Source: Promethearchaeati archaeon SRVP18_Atabeyarchaeia-1 (lineage in GTDB: Archaea; Asgardarchaeota; Atabeyarchaeia; Atabeyarchaeales; Atabeyarchaeaceae). From it: a stretch of 64,000 bases of DNA. A program made the translations under genes and the position numbers. Positions 19,548 to 29,787 of this stretch are shown piece after piece. The DNA lies in assembly GCA_037308085.1 (NCBI GenBank), contig CP147779.1, positions 1,824,001-1,888,000 on the forward strand, written 5' to 3'. How positions within the stretch are numbered: position 1 is the stretch's first letter; each line of letters opens with the position of its first letter. The notes under the pieces were generated by a model that searched no databases, was not told the DNA's origin, and saw only the letters and a program-made list of their open reading frames with translations.

Positions 19548-20792
19548 ATGCAGGATATTGAGAAATTGAAGCAAGCCAAGAAGAAGGCAGAAGACACGCT
19601 GAAAGTTATCGAAGCCAAGAAGCTTAATGGAGAAATAAATCCAGCCGAATACGACGCTTGGAAAAGGGAATTCACGGGTCACGTCAAGAAACTGTCGGGG
19701 ATGCTGGAGCAGATGGGGATCAAAGATGAAGACCTGGGACAGGAGAGGCCCATCGATACGCGTTTCCAGATGTACCTAAAACCAGAAGTTCAAGGCATAA
19801 TGAAGAACCTTCTTGAGAATCCAGAGGAGGAAATTACTCCGACTTTCGACTGGACGCTTGGCGATCGCTATCCCGAGATTGAACGTATTTCTGGTCTTAA
19901 GCCAGAACAGGCGAAGCCTCTGGTTGAAGGGCTCTACGATGCTGGAGTTCTTCAAAGGGAGTTTGCAGATGTTTACATTAAGTGCCCGAAATGCAATTCC
20001 TTCGCGATTCGCCCAAGAGTCCAATGCCCTTCATGTGGGTCTCCAAAAGTGATCAGGGATGAGGTCATAGAACATTCGAAATGTGGTTATCTGGACTTCG
20101 CTGCGTCCTTCAAGGATAAGAGTGGATATGTCTGCCCCAAATGCAAGAAGCAACTGAAGAAGATGGGGGACGATTACAAGATGCCTGGCGAATGGTATAA
20201 GTGCAAGTCCTGCAACGAATTCTCCGAAACCATTACTCTGAGAGAGTCTTGCAGCGCTTGTGGAAATCTGTTTGACGAAGAGGAGGCTGTCCTCCACCAA
20301 GCCTATTCCTACAAGCTTTCCCCTAACGCTAGGGCAGAAGTCGAGAGCGCACTGATAGTAGTCACACCTGTCAAGGATAGTCTTGGGAAGCTTGGGCTTA
20401 CAATAGAGTCGCCGGCAATGCTGAGGGGTCTCTCGGGCGCAAGGCATCAATTCATGGCGGCAATAGTAGATTCGTCTTCTGCAGCGCTAGATAGAAGGCC
20501 GATCGTGATCGACGTAGCTTCTTCTGAATCAAAGGTCGACGTGAATCAGGTGCTAAGCTATTTCGCGAAGGCGTGCGATATCGATTCTGTCGCAAAGCTA
20601 CTGATAGGCGTGCCAGGTTTCAATGAAGATGCTAAGAAAGTCGCTGCAAGCTATGGAATATTAGCCGTCGAGGCAGGCGACAAGGAAAGGATTCCCTCAC
20701 TTCTTGTAAAATACGCTCAGTCACTCGCCAAGAGCAACCCTGAAGAAGTCAAGAAGGAAATCAGTACTCTAAAATCGGTTCTAGAGGCATAG
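19548..20792 (+). CDS. Multi-zinc-ribbon (TackOD1-like) protein with a C-terminal restriction-endonuclease-like fold
   Basis: CPKC, CPSCGS, IEHSKCG, CPKC, CKSC and CSAC. C-terminal GLSGARHQF...IDV...AKACDI...A..YGI. Starts 6 nt after the GTPase stop. Confidence 0.7.
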   Translation: MQDIEKLKQAKKKAEDTLKVIEAKKLNGEINPAEYDAWKREFTGHVKKLSGMLEQMGIKDEDLGQERPIDTRFQMYLKPEVQGIMKNLLENPEEEITPTFDWTLGDRYPEIERISGLKPEQAKPLVEGLYDAGVLQREFADVYIKCPKCNSFAIRPRVQCPSCGSPKVIRDEVIEHSKCGYLDFAASFKDKSGYVCPKCKKQLKKMGDDYKMPGEWYKCKSCNEFSETITLRESCSACGNLFDEEEAVLHQAYSYKLSPNARAEVESALIVVTPVKDSLGKLGLTIESPAMLRGLSGARHQFMAAIVDSSSAALDRRPIVIDVASSESKVDVNQVLSYFAKACDIDSVAKLLIGVPGFNEDAKKVAASYGILAVEAGDKERIPSLLVKYAQSLAKSNPEEVKKEISTLKSVLEA

Positions 20793-21070
20793 CATCTGAA
20801 TAGGCGGACAATTAAGCCGCCTCGTTGGGCGTGAAGCTACCCCAATCTTTTTCCTCCCATTTGGATTGCAGATGGCTTATCGGGCTGAGAATCGCCCGAT
20901 CCTAAGATTCGGAGGACTTCGATCTCGAAATAACGGTAACATACCAATGTTCAGACTCAAAGCAAATAAACCCGCGCGGCAATATCTAGTCGTGTCAGGA
21001 TTGAGCCATCAAGCTTTTCAAACTCATTCTGAGTATTATTGTGTAGGTCGATAACAGGAGGTCCAAGGCT

Positions 21071-21637
21071 TTGCAGCATCGTCGCGGCGCGTTTTATCAT
21101 GATGAAGAAGCTAGAAGAAAGTGGCAAGATCCTGAAGCAATTCTTACCGACATAGGAGTGAGACCTGGATCCACCTTTGTCGACGTAGGCTGTGGGGAAG
21201 GTTTCTTCGCCATCCCAGCCGCGAAAACCGTCGGCAGAAAGGGCAAGGTCTATGGAATAGACGTGTACAATGAGGCGGTAGAGCACCTAAAACAAAAGGC
21301 CGATAGAGAAGGCTTGGGCAACCTGTATCTTCACGTGGGGGCAGCCGAGGAGACTGTCATTTGCAAGGGATGTGCCGACATCGTATTCTTTGGAATCGAT
21401 CTTCACGATTTCAGAGATCCAGAAAGGGTCTTGGCCAACGCCAGAGTAATGCTAAAACCCACCGGAAGACTAGTAGACCTTGACTGGAAGAAAGAACTCA
21501 CGGGAGTAGGTCCTCCAATCGAGATCAGGTTTAGCGAAGAAGAAGCTCAAAGTCTAATAAAGAAAGCAGGCTTCACTGTGGAACGGGTAGAGAGCGTCGG
21601 ATCATTTCATTACATTATCGAGGCGAGACTGAGGTAG
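21071..21637 (+). CDS. Class I SAM-dependent methyltransferase
   Basis: VDVGCGEG, GIDV and LKPTGRL. Confidence 0.9.
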   Translation: MQHRRGAFYHDEEARRKWQDPEAILTDIGVRPGSTFVDVGCGEGFFAIPAAKTVGRKGKVYGIDVYNEAVEHLKQKADREGLGNLYLHVGAAEETVICKGCADIVFFGIDLHDFRDPERVLANARVMLKPTGRLVDLDWKKELTGVGPPIEIRFSEEEAQSLIKKAGFTVERVESVGSFHYIIEARLR

Positions 21638-21650
21638 CCCAGCATGCATC

Positions 21651-22793
21651 TCAGACCGTTATTGGGTATCTCCCATATTCCTGTGCTTTCTTGAACATTG
21701 TGTCGATATTCTGTGGAGGCACGTCGGGTTGGATGTTGTGTGCGCCAGCCAGTATGTAGCCGCCGCTTGGACCCAGATCGTGTATTCGCCTTCTGACTTC
21801 CTGTTCGACCTCATTTTCGGTTCCCTTGGGCAGGGTGTATTGTGTGTCGATTCCTCCATGGTAGCATACGCGCTTGTCGTATTTTTCGACTAGATGCCGT
21901 GAATCCATGTCTTTTGCTCTCGGTTGAACCGGGTTCAGGATGTCCACGCCGACGTCGGCAAGTTCCTCGATTATGGGCTCAACTGAGCCACAGCTGTGAA
22001 ACTGAATCTTGGCTTTCTTCGCAAACCTCTTAAGATGGGAGATAAGATCCCTCAGCCTAGGCTTGACTAGTTTTCTCCAGAGTGCAGGCGACATAAGAAG
22101 GCCGTCCTGATGGCCGTAGTCATCTGCGCAGAGGACGATAGTGGCGTAGTCTCCTACCTCGATCAGATAAGCTTCCCAGAAGCGCTTGTTGATCTCCAGA
22201 GTTCTATCCAGCAAGGCGCTGGCAAACTCGGGGTCCGCTATGATGTCGTAGTAGAACTTGTTGAAACCCCTAAGCCAGACCGCCAGCTCCAACACACCCC
22301 CCAGGAACGTATCTGCTGTGACCGCTAGGCCACTCTCAAGGAAAACTTTCGCGCGCTTTCCGATATTGCTGAATCTTTCCTCATGTGGCTCGGGAGCCAC
22401 GTATCTCTCTATGTCTTCAATTGACTTGGCGCTGTACAGAGGCGCCTTATCCTCGACCAATTCGTAGTAGTATCCTTGGTACTGCCTTTTCAACGTTAGA
22501 CCAAACTCGTTGACTATCCATCCTTCTCCCCTTTTCACCTCGTCTTCTCTGGGTGGATTGGGTCGGATATGCCTGATGTCCACGCCGAAGCGCTCAAGAA
22601 TCTTCTCGTCTACGTCAACGAGTCCCTGCATCACATCCCAGATCTTGGACTCAACCACCCTGAATCCGAGGTGCTTCAGCAGGTTATCGTAGGCGGCTTT
22701 AGTGATGCCGCTTATCACCCCTCCAAGGTCAACTGGAACCCTATCCGGCTCCTTCCTGTCAATTGATAGTAGAACCCTATCGATATGTTGCAT
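21651..22793 (-). CDS. Uroporphyrinogen decarboxylase family protein (MtaA/CmuA-like methylcobamide methyltransferase)
   Basis: PDRVPVDLGG, ADDYG, FHSCG, HGGIDTQ and GGYILAGAHNIQ. Directly follows a corrinoid protein gene. Confidence 0.85.
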   Translation of the reverse strand: MQHIDRVLLSIDRKEPDRVPVDLGGVISGITKAAYDNLLKHLGFRVVESKIWDVMQGLVDVDEKILERFGVDIRHIRPNPPREDEVKRGEGWIVNEFGLTLKRQYQGYYYELVEDKAPLYSAKSIEDIERYVAPEPHEERFSNIGKRAKVFLESGLAVTADTFLGGVLELAVWLRGFNKFYYDIIADPEFASALLDRTLEINKRFWEAYLIEVGDYATIVLCADDYGHQDGLLMSPALWRKLVKPRLRDLISHLKRFAKKAKIQFHSCGSVEPIIEELADVGVDILNPVQPRAKDMDSRHLVEKYDKRVCYHGGIDTQYTLPKGTENEVEQEVRRRIHDLGPSGGYILAGAHNIQPDVPPQNIDTMFKKAQEYGRYPITV

Positions 22794-22797
22794 AATC

Positions 22798-23454
22798 TCA
22801 TCTTCCGATCAGACTCTTGCACAGTCTCACCGCTTCAACCGCGTCTTTGCCATAGGCGTCCGCTCCCACTTCTTGCGCATATGCCTGGTCGACGGCGCCG
22901 CCTCCAATGATGATCTTGAGCTTACCCCTGAGTCCTCGCTTCTCGAGTTCTTGTATTACTGTCTTCATCTCGCCCCTCGTTGTTGATAGGAGCGCTGACA
23001 TGCAGAGTATACCCGCCTTCTCAGTAGCCGCGGATTCAGCGAACCTCTGAGGAGGCACATCAGTACCCAAGTCGATGACCATAAAACCTTCAGGTCTAAG
23101 CATCAGGGTGACTATGTTCTTGCCGAGATCATGTATGTCTCCTCTAACGGTTCCTATTACCACAGTGCCCTTGGCCTCTGATAGTTTGCCTTGCCTGAGG
23201 ATGGGGCTCAGAATATCCAGTACTTTCTGCCCAACCACTCCGGCAAACATTAGCTCTGGGAGGTAGTAGACCCCCTTCTCATACTTGCTCCCTATCACTC
23301 CAAAGGCTTCAGAAATGCTCTTCACCAATTGCCCGGCGGGGGCTCTCTGCTCCAAGCATCTCCCTGCAACTTCTAGGGATTCTAATTCATTTGCCATGTC
23401 GATGCTGCTGATCAGCGAATCCCTCAGTTTCTCGGCTATGCTGGCTCGACTCAT
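22798..23454 (-). CDS. Corrinoid (B12-binding) protein, MtaC/MttC-like
   Basis: GTVRGDIHDLGKNIV (DxHxxG), SALLSTT, IIGGGAV, and the YYLPEL cap domain. Confidence 0.92.
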   Translation of the reverse strand: MSRASIAEKLRDSLISSIDMANELESLEVAGRCLEQRAPAGQLVKSISEAFGVIGSKYEKGVYYLPELMFAGVVGQKVLDILSPILRQGKLSEAKGTVVIGTVRGDIHDLGKNIVTLMLRPEGFMVIDLGTDVPPQRFAESAATEKAGILCMSALLSTTRGEMKTVIQELEKRGLRGKLKIIIGGGAVDQAYAQEVGADAYGKDAVEAVRLCKSLIGR

Positions 23455-23645
23455 GTTTCCACCTCAAGACTTCAACAGTCAGAATAGTAGCTAGATCCAA
23501 TTAAGAGTTAACGGTGGTCTGAACCTAGGGCGCCGACAGGCCTGCGGCATCCCACCTTATCCTACGTAACTCTTTTTACTGTGCTTCGACACAGACTATC
23601 ATAGGCATACTGCATGAGCATTTTGAATCCTTTGGAGGGGAAAGG

Positions 23646-25712
23646 ATGAAGCGCGCAAGATTCTGCGCCCTGCTAACCGTATCACTCGTCATACTTTCAA
23701 TCACATCTCCATATGCATCTTTTACTCCTCTTACTCCAGCATCTGGTGCATCTACCTGGCAGATATACCCCGCTTGGGCAGCAGTTAACCTGCTGACACC
23801 AGGCGCGAACGTGGACAGACAGGCCTGGGCTTTGCTGATCGCAAACGCCTTCAGCCAATTCGGAATTTCCGCCACGAGGCAGATAGTTCCGTGGCCCACT
23901 GCATACAGCAGGATGTTGACTCCAGACCCATCAGTCGTCGGCAAAAGCTGGGCTGATGGCGGCTTCGACATCGGCTTCATAGGGTACGCCCTGACCCCTG
24001 ATACCGATCCATATTCATTCTTTCATCCCTACGACGGGCACGGGTTCTTCACCGGCGGGAACTACTACCTTTGGAATAACACTGAGAATGACCAGCTGCT
24101 AGAGAGTATTCGGAGTGAAATGAATTCGACGAAGAGGCTTGAGTACATCAGGCAATGGCAAGAACTGGCTTACGACGAGCTCCCCAGCATTACTCTCTTC
24201 TACACCAAGGATGTGGTCGCCTTCAAGCCGAGCTTTCAGTCAACGCCATTCTCAACATACTATTACCCGTTGTGGCCCAGTGTCGAGCAGTGGAACGACA
24301 CCTTGGGCTCGACGAATGTTACCGTCGCCCAGATAGGATCCTTTGGTCCTGGCGGCGGCGAAGGCCTTGTCCCATACCTTACCACGTCATACTACGACCT
24401 GACAGTGTATGGACCGATCTACGGTGAACTTGGTGGCTTAGGTATGCTCATGAGGAACACGTCGATGGCGATGGTACCCTACATGGCTTACGGCAACTAC
24501 ACTACTGCCGCCGGCGGCAAGAACTGGACCTTCTGGATAAGACCTGGCATCCACTTCCAGAACGGTGAGGAACTCGATGCGCGAGACTATGTCTACACAC
24601 TGAGGTATGAGATGACCCCCACCTCTGGATCAGCTGGCTCAGGAGTATACGCCTACATAACCAGCATCATCTGTGGTGCAGATTTCGGTGCGGGCATTGC
24701 AGCGGGCTACGGCAACCACAGCGTCTACTGGGCTGGCGAGGCTGGAACGCCAGGAGCGGCTCTGCCTTACAACAAGTATGAATTCCATTGCGACGAGCAA
24801 GCCGCGTGGGCTTTGACGACGGTAGATATTGGAGGCCTTGCGATCATGCCAGCATCAGTTCTTGTGAACGCTAGCACTTTCCCAGACTACAGCACTTGGA
24901 ACCCATCAAATGCACCTTTTATGCAGAGCACATCATTCAACACTGGAGCCTCAGGCACATACAGGTACTATGCCAAGAACGGGACATTCATGGCAGCGAG
25001 AAGTGGACCCTTCGGTGCTGGTCCATACCAGTGGGCCGACTACAACACAGGGACCGGTACAGCACACCTGACAAAGTTCGACGGCTACTTCCGCCGCGCC
25101 GCGCTGGAGTCTGAGGGCATCTACAGGTTCACGGACTACTACGTCGTGCACATCGGCAGTGTTACAGCTGCAATAGCAGCTCTACAGGCTGGCAGCGTTC
25201 AGGTACTTGACAGCCAATACCACGTGGAGGCCTCTTTGGATTCACTGAACCTAGCATGGGCTAGTTGGGTTTCCTTTGATAGCTATGGCGTACAGGAGAT
25301 GGGCTTCAACATGCGCCACCCGATTTGGGGCACAGGTTTGGGAACACCTCTTGGACAGTCGGACGCATCACAGGCAAAGGCAGCTGCTTACCATGTTAGA
25401 CATGCAATCGAGTACTTGATCCCGAAGGACCAGATAATCAAGAACATACTCCACAACTTCGGCAGCTACGGAATCACGACCCCTGTCACGAGAGGCAACC
25501 TGGGCTTCGACGCCAGTATTGTCCCTCGCAACTACACGTATCCGGTGGCCATGCTCTTGGCTAAGGCGGAGTTTGAGGCTGCAGGATACACATTTGTACC
25601 GCCGCCACAGCATGGGCCCTGGTACAACTATGGTCCGTTGATCGCTGTTGTTGGGCTGGCTGGAATCATAGTCGTAGGAGGGCTCTACGCCTTTAGACCC
25701 CGCAGGCGGTAG
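23646..25712 (+). CDS. Family 5 (OppA/DppA-like) solute-binding protein, circularly permuted, with C-terminal TM anchor (SBP1)
   Basis: Signal peptide, NWTFWIRPGIHFQNGEELDARD, GAGPY, MGFNMRHP, EAAGY, then TM and RPRRR. Confidence 0.85.
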   Translation: MKRARFCALLTVSLVILSITSPYASFTPLTPASGASTWQIYPAWAAVNLLTPGANVDRQAWALLIANAFSQFGISATRQIVPWPTAYSRMLTPDPSVVGKSWADGGFDIGFIGYALTPDTDPYSFFHPYDGHGFFTGGNYYLWNNTENDQLLESIRSEMNSTKRLEYIRQWQELAYDELPSITLFYTKDVVAFKPSFQSTPFSTYYYPLWPSVEQWNDTLGSTNVTVAQIGSFGPGGGEGLVPYLTTSYYDLTVYGPIYGELGGLGMLMRNTSMAMVPYMAYGNYTTAAGGKNWTFWIRPGIHFQNGEELDARDYVYTLRYEMTPTSGSAGSGVYAYITSIICGADFGAGIAAGYGNHSVYWAGEAGTPGAALPYNKYEFHCDEQAAWALTTVDIGGLAIMPASVLVNASTFPDYSTWNPSNAPFMQSTSFNTGASGTYRYYAKNGTFMAARSGPFGAGPYQWADYNTGTGTAHLTKFDGYFRRAALESEGIYRFTDYYVVHIGSVTAAIAALQAGSVQVLDSQYHVEASLDSLNLAWASWVSFDSYGVQEMGFNMRHPIWGTGLGTPLGQSDASQAKAAAYHVRHAIEYLIPKDQIIKNILHNFGSYGITTPVTRGNLGFDASIVPRNYTYPVAMLLAKAEFEAAGYTFVPPPQHGPWYNYGPLIAVVGLAGIIVVGGLYAFRPRRR

Positions 25713-25927
25713 GGAAGCCCGCCCTGAACGATGCTGGAACGCGCGAGGAGCTGCAGGAGCAGAAGATCTGAATTAGATCAGAGAATCGACAATCACAGGT
25801 CGGATCTCGGCTCATGAATTTATAAGCATCTGCAGAACACCATTTATCCGTGGAAGGGACAGCGACGTAGGGGGTCTGCAAGTTCCCCGTCCAGAATGTG
25901 GGAGCGGTTCAGGAAAAGGGGTTCAAA

Positions 25928-28381
25928 TTGAGAAGAGCTACGTATTCGCCGCCAAGGTTGGCTGCAGCTCTAACGCTCGTGGTGATTGCGTCCTCATTCT
26001 CTTTACCAGTATTCGCAGCAATGGCTGCGGCTCAGGGAACCGGAGCAACCGTAGATCCCGTAATAAGAATCTACCTCCTAGTTTCGCCAGGGGCCATGAG
26101 GCAGTCCACGGCACAGGTTATAGCGAACTGTCTGTCGGAACTTGGGATTCAAGCACAGGTGATCTCAGCTGACTGGGCAACTATCAATGGCAGAGCCTTC
26201 TCTCCGGCCCCCAGCATGATCGGGAAAACTTATGAGCAAGGAGGATTCGACGCTCTGCTCACAGACTGGCTCTACAATCCTGACCCTAATCCTTATCCCA
26301 TGTTTCACAGTAGCCAGATGCCTCCGACTGGGCAGAACTACTACCTCTGGAATAACACAATGGCGGACATGCTCGCGTATAACATGACAAGGGTTATTGA
26401 TCGCCCCACGCAGCTGCAATGCGCTGAGATGTGGCAGGAAGTAGCCTACGAGGAACTGCCCTCAATCGCAATATGCTATGACCATGGTGTAGTTGCATTT
26501 CGCCCGAACCTCAATTCGACGCCATTCGAAGCGTGTTACTATCCTAGGTGGCCGGGTGTTGAGCGCTGGAGCTTCACCTCATCTCCTATGACCAGCGTTA
26601 CCGTAGCCCAGCCTGGGGCGTGCCCGTATTGGGGGCTGACGCCGTACCATTCAAACTACTACAGTGACATGACTGGTTATGCCCCAATCTACGGCGAGCT
26701 TGGCGCCTACGGTCTGCTCATTAGGAGTCTGAACTCGACTTTGATGGAGCCTTACATGGCCTACGGGAACTACACGATGTCGCCTGATGGGAGAAACTGG
26801 ACTTTCTGGATACGACCTGGAATAAGGTTCCATAACGGCGAGGAACTTGATGCAAGAGACGTGGCGTACACCTACAGGTATGTCATGACTCCAAGCTGGA
26901 ATTCTGGCTGGTACTCCTACGTCAAGGGGATACTTGGAGCCAACAGTAGCGTGTATTGGGCAGGTGAATCAGGGACAGCGGGGGCAGGCATGCCGTACAA
27001 CAAGTTTGAGGTGCACTTTGACCTACCGCAGCCGTGGGCTTTCTTCCAGGCGGACATCGGAGGCGGGGCAATTCTTCCCGCGTCCGTAATTGTGAACTCG
27101 AGTAGTGGGATACCCGATCTCAGTGCCTGGAATCCGGACCCCGTAGGCACGGCTGGGTTTGTGTGGACATCCTTCGTCACTGGAAGCGCCGACACTTACT
27201 GGTACTATGCCAAAAACGGAACGCAGTACACGTCTTCGGGTCCGATGGGGGCGGGTCCATACAAGTGGAGCTCCTATGATCCAAACACGGAGACAGTGCA
27301 TCTCATCAAGTTCGATGGCTATTTCAATAAGGCCGTGCTGGAAGCTGGAGGAGCATTTGGAATAACCGACTACTACGTGAAGCACATCGCCGATGCCTAT
27401 TCAGCCATCTCATGCTTGACAAGCAACACGGTCCAAGTTCTCGATTCTAGCTATCACCTCGGAACATACGTAGCATCTTTAGATCCCGGCTGGAGCCGAA
27501 TAATCTCGTATCAAGGATACCAAGTGACAGAGCTGGGCTTCAACATGCGCCACCCAATCTTGGGCACAGGGCTGGGTACCCCCTTAGGTATAACCAATGC
27601 AAGTATGGCGGCTGAGGCAGCGAAGCACGTCAGACATGCACTTGAGTACTTAATCCCAAAGGACCAGATAATCTCGTCAATCCTAAACGGCTATGGCGAG
27701 CCTGGCCTTACGCCGCCTATTATGAGATCAATGCCAGGATTCAACTACGCCATTACCCCACGCAACGGTACATTGTCGAATGTCAAGGTCCTCGCTATGA
27801 ACGAGTTGGAGGCTGCGGGATACACGTTTATACAGGGACAAGGATATTGGCCGAATTATGATCTCCTTATTATTACGATATCTCTTGTCAGTATAACCTT
27901 CGCCTCGCTACTCCTCGGAGTGGGCCTAATACGAAGGAGAAGCAGGTTGAATGCCGACGTTCGAGGCCAAAGAGGAAACCCGCGCATTGAAACTCCAATA
28001 AGCCAGCCTGAAACGCTGGAACAGGGCGAACCGGAGAAACCAATTGAAACCTCGGTTCCACGACAAACTACAATGCCGTGCCCGCGTTGCGGAGCAATTT
28101 CCAGGGATCCTGCCGCGCAGTACTGCAAATACTGCGGGGCACTTCTGGGAGGCGGTTCAAGAGGGATGGAGATTCAGGCCAAGGGAAGAACATTCGCGCT
28201 AAAGGGCAGATGTATGGTTTGCAATCTTCCAATCGGGAAAAGTGATGAGGTTGTCTGGTGCCCCCGATGTGGAAACGCTGCGCACAGGACACACTTGCTC
28301 GAATGGTTGCACGTCAAAAGCTACTGTCCGGTCTGCCGCGCACCCATCAACCAAAGAGACCTTCTCTCTTCACGTGATTGA
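25928..28381 (+). CDS. Family 5 solute-binding domain + TM + cytoplasmic zinc ribbon + RING-like finger (SBP2, receptor-like)
   Basis: Paralogue of SBP1 up to ELEAAGY. Then TM LLIITISLVSITFASLLLGVGLI, RRRSR, CPRCG...CKYCG and CMVC-x12-CPRC-x4-H-x2-H-x3-W-x6-CPVC. Confidence 0.85.
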   Translation: MRRATYSPPRLAAALTLVVIASSFSLPVFAAMAAAQGTGATVDPVIRIYLLVSPGAMRQSTAQVIANCLSELGIQAQVISADWATINGRAFSPAPSMIGKTYEQGGFDALLTDWLYNPDPNPYPMFHSSQMPPTGQNYYLWNNTMADMLAYNMTRVIDRPTQLQCAEMWQEVAYEELPSIAICYDHGVVAFRPNLNSTPFEACYYPRWPGVERWSFTSSPMTSVTVAQPGACPYWGLTPYHSNYYSDMTGYAPIYGELGAYGLLIRSLNSTLMEPYMAYGNYTMSPDGRNWTFWIRPGIRFHNGEELDARDVAYTYRYVMTPSWNSGWYSYVKGILGANSSVYWAGESGTAGAGMPYNKFEVHFDLPQPWAFFQADIGGGAILPASVIVNSSSGIPDLSAWNPDPVGTAGFVWTSFVTGSADTYWYYAKNGTQYTSSGPMGAGPYKWSSYDPNTETVHLIKFDGYFNKAVLEAGGAFGITDYYVKHIADAYSAISCLTSNTVQVLDSSYHLGTYVASLDPGWSRIISYQGYQVTELGFNMRHPILGTGLGTPLGITNASMAAEAAKHVRHALEYLIPKDQIISSILNGYGEPGLTPPIMRSMPGFNYAITPRNGTLSNVKVLAMNELEAAGYTFIQGQGYWPNYDLLIITISLVSITFASLLLGVGLIRRRSRLNADVRGQRGNPRIETPISQPETLEQGEPEKPIETSVPRQTTMPCPRCGAISRDPAAQYCKYCGALLGGGSRGMEIQAKGRTFALKGRCMVCNLPIGKSDEVVWCPRCGNAAHRTHLLEWLHVKSYCPVCRAPINQRDLLSSRD

Positions 28382-28513
28382 GCAACAGCTAGGCAGCGTA
28401 ATCATTGAGAGACCTGCTTATTCTTCTCCCTCCAGGGACTTTCGACGTGTCCATGCCTGCGCAACTTGTCTGGGCCTCCATCGCTTCGAGAGAACATGCG
28501 TTGCGCCTTGTGC

Positions 28514-29500
28514 TCATGTAAGCACGCCTTGGCTGGGGCCGTTTTGACGCTTTTTGTGGCTTCTCTCTTTCCGGGGCGCGCCTTCACTGGGCTTACGTTG
28601 GCTTGGAAGCAATTGTCTCAGGCGGTCCCTTTGAACTAGCAGTTCGATTCTCTGCATTGCTCTTTCTACGTATTCCTGGTTGATGTCGATGCCTATGTAG
28701 TGTCTACCGGTGTTTCTCGCTGCAAGGCAAGTCGCACCTGCGCCGCAGAACGGATCCAAGACCACTTCTCCCTTGAAGGTGTAAAGCTGTATGCACCTGT
28801 AGGGCAGCTCGACAGGAAAAGGCGCCGGGTGCCCTACTTTCTCTGCAGACTCTGGCTGGAATTCCCATACGCTTTTGGTGTATTCGAGAAACTCCTCCTT
28901 TGATATTGTAGGTTCTCTTCCCTTGTCACTTCTCCCAAATTTGCCTTTAGAGAAGACTAGTATGTACTCGTGTGTGTCCCTTAGGGTTGGATTTGTGGGT
29001 GATAGCCAGCTTCCCCACGCGGTTGAGGCGCCAGCGCCTGCTCCCTTGTTCCATATGACTTCTCCTCTCATCAGGAAGCCGACTTCTGTCATGACGTCTA
29101 TCACGAACTTGTGGTACGGAATGTAGGGCTTCCTCCCAACGTTTGCGATGTTGATGCAGGCCCTGCCTCCATTGACGAGTACTCTGTTTGTCTCGGAGAA
29201 GACGCCTTTCAACAATCCTGAGTATTCCTCAAGGTTCAGGTCTTCGTCGTATTCCTTTCCCACATTGTAGGGAGGTGAGGTGACCATGAGGTGGACGCTG
29301 CTATCCGGGATACTGTTCATCTTTCTTGAATCGCTGCACAGAACTCTGTCCAGTACTTCGGGAGGAATAGGATTCTCAATTTCGGGTTCGCCCTCTGCTA
29401 CTTTTAGGTCTTGGTACAGCTTGCCCCGGTAGAATGGGGTGGAGTCGTGGCACTCCCTCTTCGAAACGCCGAACCTGCTAGTCTTGGTTCCCCTCACCAT
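28514..29500 (-). CDS. Site-specific DNA methyltransferase (N4-C/N6-A, beta class), orphan
   Basis: TSPPYN precedes HPAPFP and LDPFCGAG. No cognate endonuclease adjacent. Confidence 0.9.
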   Translation of the reverse strand: MVRGTKTSRFGVSKRECHDSTPFYRGKLYQDLKVAEGEPEIENPIPPEVLDRVLCSDSRKMNSIPDSSVHLMVTSPPYNVGKEYDEDLNLEEYSGLLKGVFSETNRVLVNGGRACINIANVGRKPYIPYHKFVIDVMTEVGFLMRGEVIWNKGAGAGASTAWGSWLSPTNPTLRDTHEYILVFSKGKFGRSDKGREPTISKEEFLEYTKSVWEFQPESAEKVGHPAPFPVELPYRCIQLYTFKGEVVLDPFCGAGATCLAARNTGRHYIGIDINQEYVERAMQRIELLVQRDRLRQLLPSQRKPSEGAPRKERSHKKRQNGPSQGVLT

Positions 29501-29787
29501 AAGGATCTTCCTCTCCACTCGTTGCCTAAGAACTCACTCTTCAATACCGATCAGATCAAGTTAGAATACAACACGTCTAAATGGTTATCTCTAGAGACTC
29601 TAGTGTAATATTCGTGAACAAGATTCGATCTAGCAAAAAGCAGAGCGTCTCGTGCCGCTCCTCTCAAAACGCCGGTCTCTGCTTGGATATCATGCTCTCG
29701 TTGATTTCCCGTAATGTCCGTCGTCCCACGTATTCTCCCCTTGCTTCAGCGAAGCCAGCTTCAGGTTAGATTATTACAGACGCGGGC

